From Flaccisagitta enflata (taxonomy: Eukaryota): 64,000 nt of DNA. Below, in pieces: positions 41,158 through 61,764 of this stretch. A program made the position numbers and the translations under genes. The notes under the pieces were generated by a model. The model saw only the letters and a list, made by a program, of their open reading frames with translations, did no database searches and was not told the DNA's origin. The DNA is taken from NCBI GenBank assembly GCA_965153355.1, contig OZ231126.1, positions 28,024,001-28,088,000 of the forward strand, read 5' to 3'. The stretch's first letter is position 1, and each line of letters begins with the position of its first letter.

Positions 41158-41330
<173 letters not shown>

Positions 41331-41800
41331 AAGAGATAGAGAGACAGAGAGAAACAGAGGAACAGAGATTGATTAACAGAAATGAATGTCGGTCAATCTG
41401 ACAATGTGAGATGCACACAGAAAGGAACATGCACTGAAGAAAACTCCCATTTACGACTTTTTTTCCGGTTGGATAGCTGCTTTTATTTGTATGGTCTTTC
41501 ATGTGGTCTCAACGTTATTTATGTGTTTAAAGTTTCTGATTCATTGTATTCGTTTCTGAGGCAGACTATACAAAAATCATATTTTCTCATTCACTAAACA
41601 TTTTTTCATTCATTCATTCATTTGAATAGTCACACGCACACGACTTAGTGTTAGGTCAGGTGACCTTGTTGGAAATGCGGTTCTATACAATGGTACATTG
41701 TTTTTACAAGGCCCTCGACTGTTTTCATTCTCATGTTTGCTCACCACCAGTTTTGTTTATTTGGCGCGTCTTATGGCATTGCCATGCCTGTTTCGTTTTG

Positions 41801-41900
<100 letters not shown>

Positions 41901-43541
41901 ACACCTAACTAACAGATAGGGACGGTCCGGACGGACCGACAAGAAAGAGATTGCTTGATCCAAACAGACAGATGACTGCGACAGTGAGTTAAGCTTTTTG
42001 CGTTCTACGATATTTTGGAACGTGGCGATATTAGATTCAGATGTTGTTAAATGTTGATTGAAGAACCTGATTGGATGTGGAGAGTTTAGAAAACCCATCT
42101 GCACTCTGATTGGGTAAATTCCGGCTCCGATGGCTTTTTGACGTGTGACTCAACCTTTTCCAAACTCCATGCTCCATCATATTCATTTTCAATTTTTTGT
42201 TAGATATTTACATACAGTCGAACCCCGCAATTACGTCTGTCAAAGACTATAGATTTTATCAGTTATAAGCATTTTCCTAACGAAAAAATTGACAAGAAAT
42301 TTCAAAAAGGTTAAAGGACAAAGCAAAGCCTTCATTTCAATACACTTTTTTTTTTTTAAAAGCACGCACTTTTTTTGGCTGAGGCTGAGCGTGTTTAGCA
42401 AAATCTCATTTTCTAGGCTAAAATGTGCTTAAATGCGTGCTTATCATTTATTAGTAAATAATGATTCTTTTTAGTAGAGAACAAAGTACACAGAAAGGTA
42501 AAGAAAACAGTATAGCATAGAATATTGTATAGTATAGTATAAAATATAGTATGAAATACAGTAATGAATGTATTCTGTAAAAGAAAATATACAGTATTTT
42601 TCACTGATGTTGTCGCACTTTTATATAAACCATGAGATGAGAATAGTATCTTGATATAATACAAACTTTTTTTCTCGATTTTTAAGCTTATTTAGTATCA
42701 TGATATGTGATTTTTTTTTTGTGGTTCTTGTTACAGCAATAAATTCTCATTAACAATAATGTTTAAGCAATAATATTCTTAAATATTATTAGGAATCCAA
42801 TCATTTCTATCTGTATCAAAATCCTGAATGTACTGACAGTTTGATATTGTTGATATGATTTCAATTTCTTTCAAAGTTTCCATTGGTTTTTGTGATATTC
42901 CAATCAAAAATATCTAAAAATAGGCATATTTTTGTAAATTCTCTGAAAAAAAATTTCTGAATCGGAAAACTGAGCCTGGAGCGTGTTTAGCAATGTGCTT
43001 GAATTTTCCCAATATTTGAGGCTGGGCGTGCTTAAAAACGAGGTGCTTATAAAAAATAATAAGTGTAATACATGAAGTCATGATTAGGTGGATTTCCTCT
43101 ATTCTTGGACCCGTTATTGCGCGATTAACTGTACTTGATTTGCTTTTCTGCAAGAGAGGGAGAAAAAGACATAAAAGTATTGGGAACAGCGAGCAAACTC
43201 CTATGTGGAACAACACTTTCAATAACATAAAAATAAAAATCATCAATAACACAATGTGATAACACCAAAATAATAACACTCTTTGACAGCGACGTCGTAA
43301 ACCTTCAGTCGTGAACCGACCGGTTCTGACCTTTGATTATTATCAAATTCTCTCTGCCTCTCGCTTTTTGCATGGCTCGACTGCGATCCAATTTTCTCTT
43401 CAGTCTGGAATAAAGCTCTTTCTTTTAGCTCAATTTCTCTCTCTTTCTCTCTCAATTAATGATAATTAAGAAGCTCAGAAATTGATCAAGGAGATCTTTA
43501 GCCAGGACGGATGATCATCATCCCGATGATCATTCGCTACT

Positions 43542-43599
43542 TGGTGGCAGCGGTGGGATTCGAACCCACGCCTCCGAAGAGACTGGTGACTCAAACCAG
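43542..43599 (-). other. 58-nt tRNA-Leu-derived segment (extended PBS), positions 27 to CCA; not a tRNA gene
   Basis: Minus strand: CTGGT-TT-GAG-TC-ACCAG-TCTCTTCGGAGGC-GTGGG-TTCGAAT-CCCAC-CGCTGCC-A-CCA = anticodon arm, long variable arm, T arm, 3' acceptor strand and CCA. No D arm or 5' acceptor strand. Confidence 0.9.
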
Positions 43600-44204
43600 A
43601 TTAAATAATGCAAAAATTTTCTCACCGTATCCAAAATCACGTATGACGGCTTGTTTTGAATCAAGTTGGCAATCGGGCTTTTCTGGACGCGTGCTCAACC
43701 ATTGCACGATGCGTTGATTGAAATCGCCATTGCTTTCTCCGTCTCGTTGTTGCGGTGTCTGTTGAGAAAAATTTTGCGTTGACCTTGAATTTTCTTCTTT
43801 TCAGCGAAGAAGGAAAGTTAGGGTAGGGTCAGATCACGAATCTGCTGAATTGGTTATCTCACCTCTGATTGGTCCGCTACGCTCCCCGGGAGGAGGAGGA
43901 CGGAGAGAATGAAGAAGAGGAGGGGGTGATATCTCATTTTCACGAATTGTCTGTTGTTCTCTTGTCTTCCACTCGAGGTGATTGTAACTTGTTTGTCAGT
44001 ATCTTGTCAGTATCTTGTCAGTACTTGTCACTTTCATTACCACAACACGCACTTTGTTGATTTGAGTGGTCGAGGTGTTGAGGAAAGGTGAAGTGTTGAT
44101 TTTTGCTTTCGGAGCGCAGAGTCCAATTTCTTGTACAGAATTTTGCGATTATGATTTTGATTTTGTCCTTTAACTTTCCGTCGGCGATTGTTATTGTTTT
44201 TCAT
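43591..44204 (-). CDS. Hypothetical spliced antisense ORF (164 aa) inside the LTR element
   Basis: Exons 44204-44041, 43987-43863 and 43796-43591; GT-AG introns of 53 and 66 nt with TACTGAC / CCCTAAC branch-like motifs; phases 2 and 1 join without stops. Both acceptors are weak (AAG). Confidence 0.4.
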
Positions 44205-44973
44205 AATGCGGAATGATTGTACTTCAATTTTCGGCGTGCCTCGAATGGAATGAATGACTGTGAATGATTAACTCACGTGTTCTTTCGATTGAATGGTATG
44301 TTGAGAATTGTGTTCTTATGTTAGGTATGTTTGAATGAATGGTGGTTTTTCATCTCCGTAACACCTGGAGATTTTCCACATATCAAAAATTTTTTGAATT
44401 TTTTTTTAGATCCGTTCTTTTCTAAATTTTTCTAAGAATTTAGTTTTTAAACGTATCGATATTAGACGGGGTCCGAGCTTTTGTTTATTAGAGATTATCT
44501 TCACCTATCCTAAATAGATTGAAGATGATCTCTAGGTAGTGAAGGCCGAGTCGTGAACCGACCGGTTCTGACCTTTGATTATTATCAAATTCTCTCTGCC
44601 TCTCGCTTTTTGCATGGCTCGACTGCGATCCAATTTTCTCTTCAGTCTGGAATAAAGCTCTTTCTTTTAGCTCAATTTCTCTCTCTTTCTCTCTCAATTA
44701 ATGATAATTAAGAAGCTCAGAAATTGATCAAGGAGATCTTTAGCCAGGACGGATGATCATCATCCCGATGATCATTCGCTACTCTTCTTTCCGCAATGTT
44801 CATCAGTCATGTCGAACCATCGATCCTTTATATCACAATAGCCATAATCCAATTAATCCAGCCATAATAACCCATCCATAGAATCCACGATAATCCATCC
44901 AACAATACAGGCCCATATCCGCTGCATATATAACCAAAACGACGCTATCCAATAACAATTCCATTTATTCGAT

Positions 44974-45027
<54 letters not shown>

Positions 45028-45409
45028 GACAGACAGAGACCCAGGAAAACGAAATCACATGAAAGATAGGAAGACGCATGAAACGCGAAAACAAGAAAAG
45101 GCATTGGAGCCCAACATATATACAGGCCCAAACAGGGTTCCAAGAAGGAAACAAGACCCCGGGGAAAGGTTCAACATATGTACAGAGGGAAGAGCAAAAG
45201 AGGGCGAAAGAAGAGGGAATTGAAGTTGCTGCTCGAGCTTTGTATGCCTGTCTGTCTGTCTGGCTGGCTGTCCGTCTGTTTGTCTATCTAATTTTCTGCG
45301 GTCTGCGTGTCTGTCTGTCTTTTGTATTTCTATTTTCATCTGGAATAGAGCCAGTATAGTTCTCATTTAGGTAGGCTAATTGACACGGCATTGGAGCAGA
45401 GGATACAAA

Positions 45410-52999
<7,590 letters not shown>

Positions 53000-53078
53000 G
53001 ACGATCGAAAATAGTTCGAGATATTTTATCAACACTCTCTTCAGAAGACCCAAAGTAGTCCCGTCGCTGCTCACGGTC

Positions 53079-53820
53079 TAATAGCAGCCCAAAGGCAGTA
53101 AGTGGTCAGCGGTACCCGTGCCCTGCTTGAGTAGTATGTGATTTAGGTTGAGGGGGAGCAGGGCAGCGGCCCCGAAGGGGACGAAGTCCTGTAGAACACA
53201 GGGGGAATCTGTCCATCCGTCCGTCCGTCCTTCTCTCAGCCTTCCTTTTGTCAAGGAGGCCCTGTTATTCAAACTCTCTTTGAATAACATGGAGAAATGA
53301 CAAAAGGCAGTATATGGACAAGGGTACCCCTGCTCTTCTTGAGAAGTTTGTTGATTAAGTTGAGGGGGTAGCAGGCCAGGATTTGGGTCTCTGAGGCCAG
53401 AATCTGGGTCTCAGAGGCCAGGGTTTGAGTCTCTGAGGCCAGGATTTGGGTCTCTGAGGCCAGGATTTAGGGCCTTGAGGCCAGATCCTGGGTCTTGGAG
53501 GCCAGAATCTAGATCACAGAGATCAAGATCTACTAGATCTCTGAGGCTAGGATCAGGGTTTAAAGGCCAGAATCTTGGTATTAAAAACCAGGATCTATAT
53601 CTTAGTGGCCAAAATAATAGAATTTTGACTAAAATTCTGGTTTTCTAGCCAGATTTTAGCCATTTTGCTTGGATTTGGGCCATTTTGCTTAGATTTTGGG
53701 CCATTTTGCTTGAATTTGACGAAGCGCCGCGCCCCGGGGGGGGGGGGACGTACGGACGGACGGACAGATTCCCCCTGTGTTCTACAGGACTTCGTCCCCT
53801 TCGGGGCCGCTGCCCAAAAA
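53079..53820. mobile_element. Non-autonomous element with ~60-bp asymmetric inverted repeats and an internal 21-bp minisatellite (HINE-like)
   Basis: GGGCAGCGGCCCCGAAGGGGACGAAGTCCTGTAGAACACAGGGGGAATCTGTCC (~53161) has its inverse ending ~53815; internal (CTGAGGCCAGGATTTGGGTCT)n. Relatives at 14420-14645, 19548-20185, 20210-20648 and 54935-55440. Confidence 0.7.
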
Positions 53821-55473
53821 CCGTAATACTATCGCTTCGTGTGAGAAAGAGACTTCATATTCTCTTGGTCATTATTTCGGTCAGTCGATCCGTCGATCAG
53901 CTCTTATCTGTGTTCGTTCTAAACTCCAATAATGTAGTTGTGTCACTTTCGTATCTTTTATTTTTAGTGAAATTTACCCGTGCCTTTTCATATAATTGCA
54001 GCGCTACTATTCCTGATTGTATTGCCAAAACGTGAGGATTGTCTGTTGTGTCGTTTGGAGGGAAAGATACGAGCTGTAGTATTACATATTATTTTTAGTA
54101 TTCCTTTGAAAAAAAAATCGTTATTTCTGCGTATTCCAGTATACACTTGTAAGATGTATACCAAATCTTTTGTTTGTTTTTGTTTTATTTTTTTTTTTCG
54201 CTGTTTTTTCTGTTACGTCTGAATGAATTGCCAATGTATTTTTTTACTTAATAATCATAATTGCATTCTTGCCAATTTTCAATTTACTCCCTGATTCTTA
54301 TTAAGGCATGATTCGAGATTCGCCGGGCTAACTATAAGAAATTTGTCCACACTTGAGACTTCAGTATTTCACTGATTCATAGAGAACAAGGCCAACACCT
54401 GCAAGTCGCGTGCAAGACTTACATAATGACTTAGAATGACTTAGTATACTCTTAAAAGACTTAAATTGACTTAAGGGAATAAAATTGATAAAGAAGGTAA
54501 AAGATGGACCAACAGACCAACCAACCGACGGACTAACAAAGCGGGGTGTAGAGTCGCGTGCACATGACTACTGACTAAGATTATATTTATGGGTGTTTTA
54601 GTACTTTTTTTCAGTTCATGTGCCATAGAAATAGCCATAGAAATAGCCATAGAAATAGCCATAGAAACATCCCTATGCATATGTATAACTAAATGTGTAA
54701 AATCAGTGTAACAGGGTGTGGACATATTTCTTATAGTTGGCCCGGCGAAACTCGAATCTTGCCATAAGCATAGAAGAAGCGAATGAAAGACTACTTTCAT
54801 AGCCGGAGCCCGACAGCCTAGGGGGAGGGGGCGCAGGGCCCCTCAATGAGAGGAAAAAACTGAAAAGAGAGGAAAAAATGAAAATAGGGGAAAAAAGAAA
54901 AAGTTAAAGAACAGAAAGGAAGAAAGAAAAAAGAACAAGTCATCCAAGGATCGCACATGGCCAGCGTTTCAAGATAGTGAGGTGGGCGCAGGGGTGAACC
55001 ATTACGTCCGTCAGTCTGTGACTGCTTTCAGGAGGGTTGACTGATTTTAAGCCTATGAGGACTGGTTTGGGATTTGAGCCATCTGGAGGGGATTTTGATC
55101 ATTAAGCTGTTATCTGAGCCTGGACAGTGGACACAGGGATTTTTTCTAACAGGCTAGGATTTGGGCTTAATAAAGGCTATAATGGCTATAAAGGCTGGGA
55201 TTTGAGCCTCATGGCTGAGAGGGCCTAAAGGCTAAAATTTGGGACTCGAGGCTGGGATTTGGGTCATCAGGCTGAGATTTAGGCCATTAGGCTGGGATTT
55301 GGCCCAACAGGCTGGGATTTGGGCCTCAAGGTTGATGTTTAGGTCTAAATTCCTCGGGGGGGGGAATGTACGGACGGACGGATGTAATGGTTCACCACTG
55401 TGTTCTACTGGACATTTGCCCTTGAGGCCGCTGCCCAAAAATGGATGAAAAAAGATACACAGAGAAGAAAATA

Positions 55474-55650
55474 CAGTTGAACCCCGCTCTAACGGTTTTC
55501 AGGGGACCAACAATTTTCTTCTGTTATAGATGGACTTCTGTAATTGCCTACAAAGGAAATAAAAGAAATTAAGTTGAAAGGACAACGAATTTGCATCTCC
55601 TATAGGAGGAATTCCGTTGGTGGCGGGTCCGTTAGAGCGGGGTTCAACTG
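55474..55650. mobile_element. Short Tc1/pogo-type MITE, TA TSD
   Basis: TA|CAGTTGAACCCCGCTCTAACGG...CCGTTAGAGCGGGGTTCAACTG|TA. Confidence 0.85.
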
Positions 55651-56079
55651 TATTTGAGCCTTTTTACAACGGTTGAATTCAAAGTGTCTTGATGTAGTCA
55701 GCAGTCGCCTCGACGCCTCAGCCTGAGGGAGTTCTCACGGATATCATCTTGGGATTGATTAAGAAAGTCACAGCTCCTATTCGGGGTTATCAAGGTCACC
55801 TCAAGATGAGTGAGATCAACTTTTCTGCAAGAAGTTGAAAATTGAGTTTGCACTTCCTAAGCGGTTCTGAAGCGGGTGTGGCCTACATGAAGTTATTGGG
55901 GGTTTGAGGAGGATTGCAGTGTAGGGCAGAGGCGCTGATTGTGTAGCAGCGCGCAGCGCCGCTGCTTGGAAGAGTCTGTGGTCGTTCGGAAGGTTCCAAG
56001 AGCCAGGAAGGAAAAAAAATTGGCAAAAAGAAGGGAAAAGAACGAAAAAGAAGGAAAAAAGAGAGGAAATGAGAAAGAA

Positions 56080-56150
<71 letters not shown>

Positions 56151-58112
56151 CTGTACTTGATTTGATTTGAAAAAAAAAACAAGAAAAGGAGGAAAATGTT
56201 GAGAATTGAGATAGAAAATGTTTTGTACATCTGCATCACAGGTTTTCACACCTATGAAACAGAAGGTAAGGGCCCTCAATAATTTTGCAAACTTCTTTTA
56301 TTATTCCAGAGAGAGAGAGCAAGTTTTTGGCACTTCAATTACTCCCACTCATTCATGTGTGTCCACTGGTCTGTCGCGTTGGTCCATCTGTCTGCCCACC
56401 AATTAAACTCAAAAGATAATATGACAGACAGACATACCATATTTCCCCTCACCTCCCCTAATCTTTGCCCCCCCCCTCTCTTTTTTTAAACGCAAAATCC
56501 TTTTTTTCAATTCTTAAGCATTTTGAAAAAAAAGTGGAAAAAAAACTAAAAAGATTAGAGTTTATTTGTGTATCTTGAATTTTTAGTTGCGGACACGCGA
56601 CTCTACACCTTGCCGTGTCGGTCGGTAGGTCCGTCCGTCGGTCCGTCCGTCCATTAAATTTTTGAATTCCGAGCGGTTTTCGCATTACTGCTCCTGCCCA
56701 ACCGTCCGCGACTGGATTGCCGTATATCCGGCCTTGTTATCTCTTCACTCTAATTTTTTCATTTCTTTTGAAAAAAAAAGCGATAAACAGTGCTTGAGGT
56801 GGCGCTTATTAGGAAAAATATAGTAGGTAGATAGTCAGCCAGGCCAGTCGGAAGATTTTGGGAGTTAGTTCCTGCTGCTCGGAAGGAAAACAAAATCAGC
56901 GGGTCTGGTGTAGGGATGTTGAGATTTAATTCATGATTAAAGACGGGAGATTGGTCTGATCTGGGAGAACTCAAGTTCTTAATCGAGCGAGGCGCAATTA
57001 TTGACCTTAAGTTGGCCATGTTTTTTTAGGTTCTACAAAGCACCTCTATAACTGCCTGTCGGTTGGTCGGTTGGTCGGGTAACGCATTTGTTCGCTATCC
57101 ACACGTCGCACCTGATTGGCCTACTTGGCCTTGTTTGGCACTACTGCACTTGGCCAAATGCTTGGCAGGCATCATTTTTTTAGACTACTTGTGTTGTTGT
57201 GTTTCCTTGTTATTTTTCGTATGTCTTTACTTGTGTTTCCTTGTTATTTTTCGTATGTCTTTACTCTAACGGCACCAAAAATCTAACGGAAAACGAACTG
57301 ACTGACTAGCCATAACATCTCATGGAATCGACTCTATCTCAAAAGAAGGGATGGTTATTAAAAACCATCCTCAATTTGTTAATAAAAAAAAAAAGTCTGA
57401 GGAGTTGGTACACAAGAAAGAGAAGGAAGAAGCCCGAAGGAAGAAGACGGCCATCGGGAATAACAAGCAGACCGGGATGAAGTGGACGAAACCTGCAAAT
57501 ATAGAAACAAGGCCAAGTAGGCCAACGATGCGCCCTCTCTGAATGAACGTTTTTCATGAATGGATGTTGTTTATGAACGAATGCATGGATGAATTAATGA
57601 ATGATAGAATGAGTAAATAAGTGTATTGGTCCTGCTCTTTGGATGAGAGAGCCTCAAATTTCTCGATTTAAAGGTTTGCGTGACCATCAGACCAACAGAC
57701 GGACACGACCTCTTAAAGAGATGCGATGAGGCATCCAAAAAAATAAAAGAGAAAAAGAAAAAGAAAAAAAGAAAGAAACAGTTGGGCAAACACGAATCGA
57801 GCAAATGAGAATTCGAAACGATAAAACTTGAACCGCGAGTTTTGGCTTCCCAAGTTCGAGAAAATCGAACTCTAGCTTCTATTCATTTTTAGGGGCTCGT
57901 CATGTTTTTTTACAATAGCATGTCTACTTTTTACCAAAAGCACTAGAATTACAAGATAACATCGGCGCTATCTACTCAACGAGCTGCGAATGTGGGCTTG
58001 AGCCGCTATCTCGTTTTCATACGGAAGGAAAACATCTGAGATTAAAACAGAAAGTCTTTCATCGTAAAATAAATTGTGCAATTTGTTTGAAAAAAAAAAA
58101 CAAGAAAAAAAA

Positions 58113-58502
58113 ATGGCGGAGGAAGAGGGAAATTTGGAGTCCTTTCTTGAAGAGTAAGTCAGTTTACTCGTGTGTGATGAATGATAAGTTTAGTTTTTAG
58201 TCGCGGACACGCGACTCTTCACCTTGCCGTGTCGGTCGGTAGGTCCGTCCGTCCGTCCGTCACATTTTTGAATTCCGGGCAGTTCTCGCATTATTGCTCC
58301 TGCCCAACCGTTCGCGACTGTCCTGCCGTGTATCCGGCCTTGTTTTCTTAGGTACAACCTTTAATTCAAATTCAAACGTCACGGTTTTCCTCCTCTTTGT
58401 CCTCATTCTTTCTTCCTGTCTTTTTGCCCTTCTCTCTCTCTCTCTCTCTCTCGCTCTCGCTCTCGCTCTCGCTCTCGCTCTCTCTCATTCTCTCTCTCTC
58501 TC

Positions 58503-58534
<32 letters not shown>

Positions 58535-58668
58535 CGTGACCACTTTCTACTACCCGGAAAACCAAAGAGCAAGAAAAACCAAATTGAAATATCATGAAAT
58601 CTTGAATTATGAAATATCACTCCTATAGACTTGTAAGTCTCGACGGAAGTATAATATCCATCCATCCA

Positions 58669-58739
<71 letters not shown>

Positions 58740-59848
58740 TTCCAGAGACGATGAATCTGATGCTGAGGAGGAGCGTCGGCAGCGTCTCGTCATCTTCGGC
58801 AAGATCGACTTGACGGTGAAGGCGGGTTTGGCGCATCATTGGGGCGTCAAGCTCGTCGACTGTCCTCAAGATCCTCCTTTTAAACTAGAAGACTATCTAA
58901 TTGCCAATGAAGGTTCAGGTTTTGATATCACCATGGGAGATGGCGGGCATTGCATGATGTGGCATTATATATTATCAGCTCAAACGAATGTCACTGGAGT
59001 TAAGGCATTTCATTTTTAAAAGCGATCATCAACGAAACAGTATTGGCACTGAAATAACATAAAAAATGAAATGGCGGTAAAACATAAAATGAAGAAAGAT
59101 CAATATAGCCCATGTGGACAATCATGTCCAGTTGAGAGATATGAAATGGATGCGTCCTCTTGAAATATAGATCGTATGATGATAATTACTTATTATATGA
59201 TGATAATGAAAAAGATAATCAATTACAATCACGGTACACATATAAATCTGTCAAACAGATGAATCTCCGGCCGGCGAAATACCAGCCCACATCGCCGAAT
59301 GCCTGAACGCGGAAGGTGATTGGTTCGAAGTCGACGGCTTCCAAATGGACGACGTGAAGCATCTAAAGAATAACTCGATCAACGGCAGCGACGACTACAC
59401 GACGCCGGGCGAACATCGCGGCGTCAAATCCCGGCTCATGTCCGCCCCGGAACAAGTCGTCGGCGTCACTCAAAGAACCGATCAAGAAATCTTCATCTTC
59501 AACAAAGAATATCTCGCCAAAAACCCCAAATACAGTCTCTTGCGCAACAATTGCCAGAATTACGCCGACGAGTTTTGCGACTTTTTGTGCCGATCGACGG
59601 GCGTGTTGGGAAGCTGCGGCATCGTGTTGGAGAACGTCAAAGACGCGATGGCGAAAGCGTACGACAGCATGCCGCCGGAAATCAGAGACGCCGTCGATGC
59701 GATGGAAAACGCGGCTGCCGATGAAGACTCGGCGTTGCACGACGTAGTTCAAAAGAGCAAATCAGGATTTAACAAATTGAGATCCTTTAAGAGAGACTTT
59801 AAAGCTAAATGGAAGAACAAGTTTGGAGATGGGGGAACCGCTGTATGA
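58113..59848 (+). CDS. Permuted papain-fold (PPPDE/DeSI- or LRAT-like) cysteine peptidase-like protein, 3 exons
   Basis: Exons 58113-58153, 58746-58912 (or 58918) and 59259-59848, phases consistent. His motif AHHWGVKL precedes WFEVDG and the Cys motif YSLLRNNCQNYADEFCDFL. Confidence 0.7.
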
Positions 59849-60269
59849 TCTTCTTCTATTTGGGAGGGGGGGTGGTTTATTTGCCGTTTCCTTTTCATTG
59901 CTTCCTTTTTCTTTCTCATGCAAGAATTAGTTTGTTACCATTCATATGATGTTTCTTAAGATTTCCTTTTTACGATCTTATTGGTTGATCAGGATGTCTG
60001 TTGGTCCTTGGTTAATCTCTTACCCATCTCTCACTCTTGTAAAACCATTGGGGATGATTTGACCACATCATGCACATTATATCGGGCTGTTGCATGCACA
60101 GTGTGTTCATTAGTTGGCTTATCCATTGGTCTGCTGTCCAATGGTTGGTAAGATTTGCTTTGTGGGCGTATTGTGTTGGTTTTTTTTATCATCTTACCAC
60201 CCCACAAGACTAGATTTCATCATTTTGCACTTATTTTGCATTTGTTTTGTCTTGATTTTGAATTCACTA

Positions 60270-60861
60270 ACAGGTCTCACAAAATTAGGCGGAAAAGTAA
60301 AATGAACAATATAGATAGTAAAAATGCCCTCAGTATGATAAAATTTGATATGGAGATAGCTAAAACCCAATATTTTGACATGTCAAAGCGATGGTGGCGA
60401 CTTTCCTGCATGTAGGGCGTGATGGAGGGTGTTTTACCAAAAGTGAGGTGTCAGATTATTGCTGATTTTAACGGAAAAAATACAGCGAAGGGGAAAACGT
60501 TTACCGTCTGTCATTTTAAGAAGATGGAATGCAAAAAAAATCGCCATTTGTCGTTTAATGCAATAGATGGATGCAGGAAAGTCAGCCACGCAGACAAAAA
60601 GCCACGTATGTTGACAGCAGTTGAGGAATTAAAGGTGCAGTTGAGCATAAACAATAGGAATAGTGTGTCAATCCCAAATTTGTTTACCTTTGACTCATCA
60701 GCATTTTTACGTTCATAAGGGGATAGCCATTTCCTTTTTTGGGCATTTTTTGCATTATGTTGATAAAATAAACATAAATTGGTGATATGCATCGCTTGGA
60801 TTGATTATATTCCCATTTTAACGAGTTTTCATCGCTTTCCGCCTAATTTTGTGAGACCTGT
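60270..60861 (+). mobile_element. Internally deleted Tc1/mariner-like transposon with degenerate N-terminal transposase remnant
   Basis: TIR ACAGGTCTCACAAAATTAGGCGGAAA / TTTCCGCCTAATTTTGTGAGACCTGT flanked by TA; internal broken ORF 60419-60718 (GKTFTVCHFKKM...KPRMLT...) is tentatively HTH-like. Confidence 0.7.
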
Positions 60862-61764
60862 TAATTTCACAAGTGCGAAATCACACATTTAATGAGAGCT
60901 AAATGGAGTTCATTAGTGAGCACAATACTGTGTGCGCTTCAATAGCTACAACGCTGCTATCAATATCAACCAAACTTTTTTTTTGAACCTTTGACGACAA
61001 AATAAGGTAATGGTATAGATTGAAATACTCCCAAAATCATATCAGGTAGCTTTACTCAGCAAACAAGGTGGATTGCTGGGTGGTTCCCTTTGGAAATCAT
61101 AATTGGCAACGTCAATTATGGCAAAATCTGTGTAAAACCATTGTTGTTTTCATCTAGATACATCTCTTTCTTTATTGATTGAAATAAACAAAGGTTTGTT
61201 TCAGTGAACATCTTTTTTATTTCATCATAAATTGTCAACTCAATGTTTCTCATTGTAACAACTGGTAATGAAATTTTAGGGCGAGACAGAAGTTGATTCA
61301 CATTTTGTGTGCGATGCTTACACAGAGCTCTATCGTGTTCCTGAAAGGATGTTGGTTCGAAAGCTGCTTATTTATGCCCTTTAAATGAATTTCATTTGAG
61401 ATTCACCCTATTATTCCCCAGCTTTTAGTAATAAGAATATGAACAGAGTTATTCGATTTTATTCGACAGAGTGAACGATTAACATTAGTTAAGTATCACG
61501 CGAATGAAAAAAAAAGACGCACTTTTAAATAGCTCATTTAACCATACAATTTTTAAAAAACTTTTTTAAATCCTAGACCATTTTAAAGCTCTTTGAAAAT
61601 ACTTTCATTTGGCACCAATCTGGTAATTCTATATATTCTCGTTTAGAAATGGCATTAGTTTCAGCAAAAATGTTGTTTTTTTCTAATTTCGCAATATGAA
61701 AAATGCAGTTTAGCAAAATAGTGCTTCTCTTTGCAGAGCTCTAGCTTCTAAACCGTTTGATGTA

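Larger units (their letters stand above)
43307..44783 (+). mobile_element. Young non-autonomous LTR retrotransposon (TRIM-like, Gypsy-type AGT...ACT termini)
   Basis: 235-bp LTRs at 43307-43541 and 44549-44783, identical by eye; 4-bp TSD CTTC (43303-43306 / 44784-44787); AATAAA in LTR; PBS abuts the 5' LTR; purine-rich AGGTAGTGAAGGCCG before the 3' LTR; no gag/pol in the sense strand. Confidence 0.92.

Noticed and set aside
43542-43599. Functional tRNA-Leu gene (and tRNA-Lys gene at 23113-23153)
   Set aside because: Only 3' portions are present, CCA is encoded, and both abut an LTR at the PBS position.
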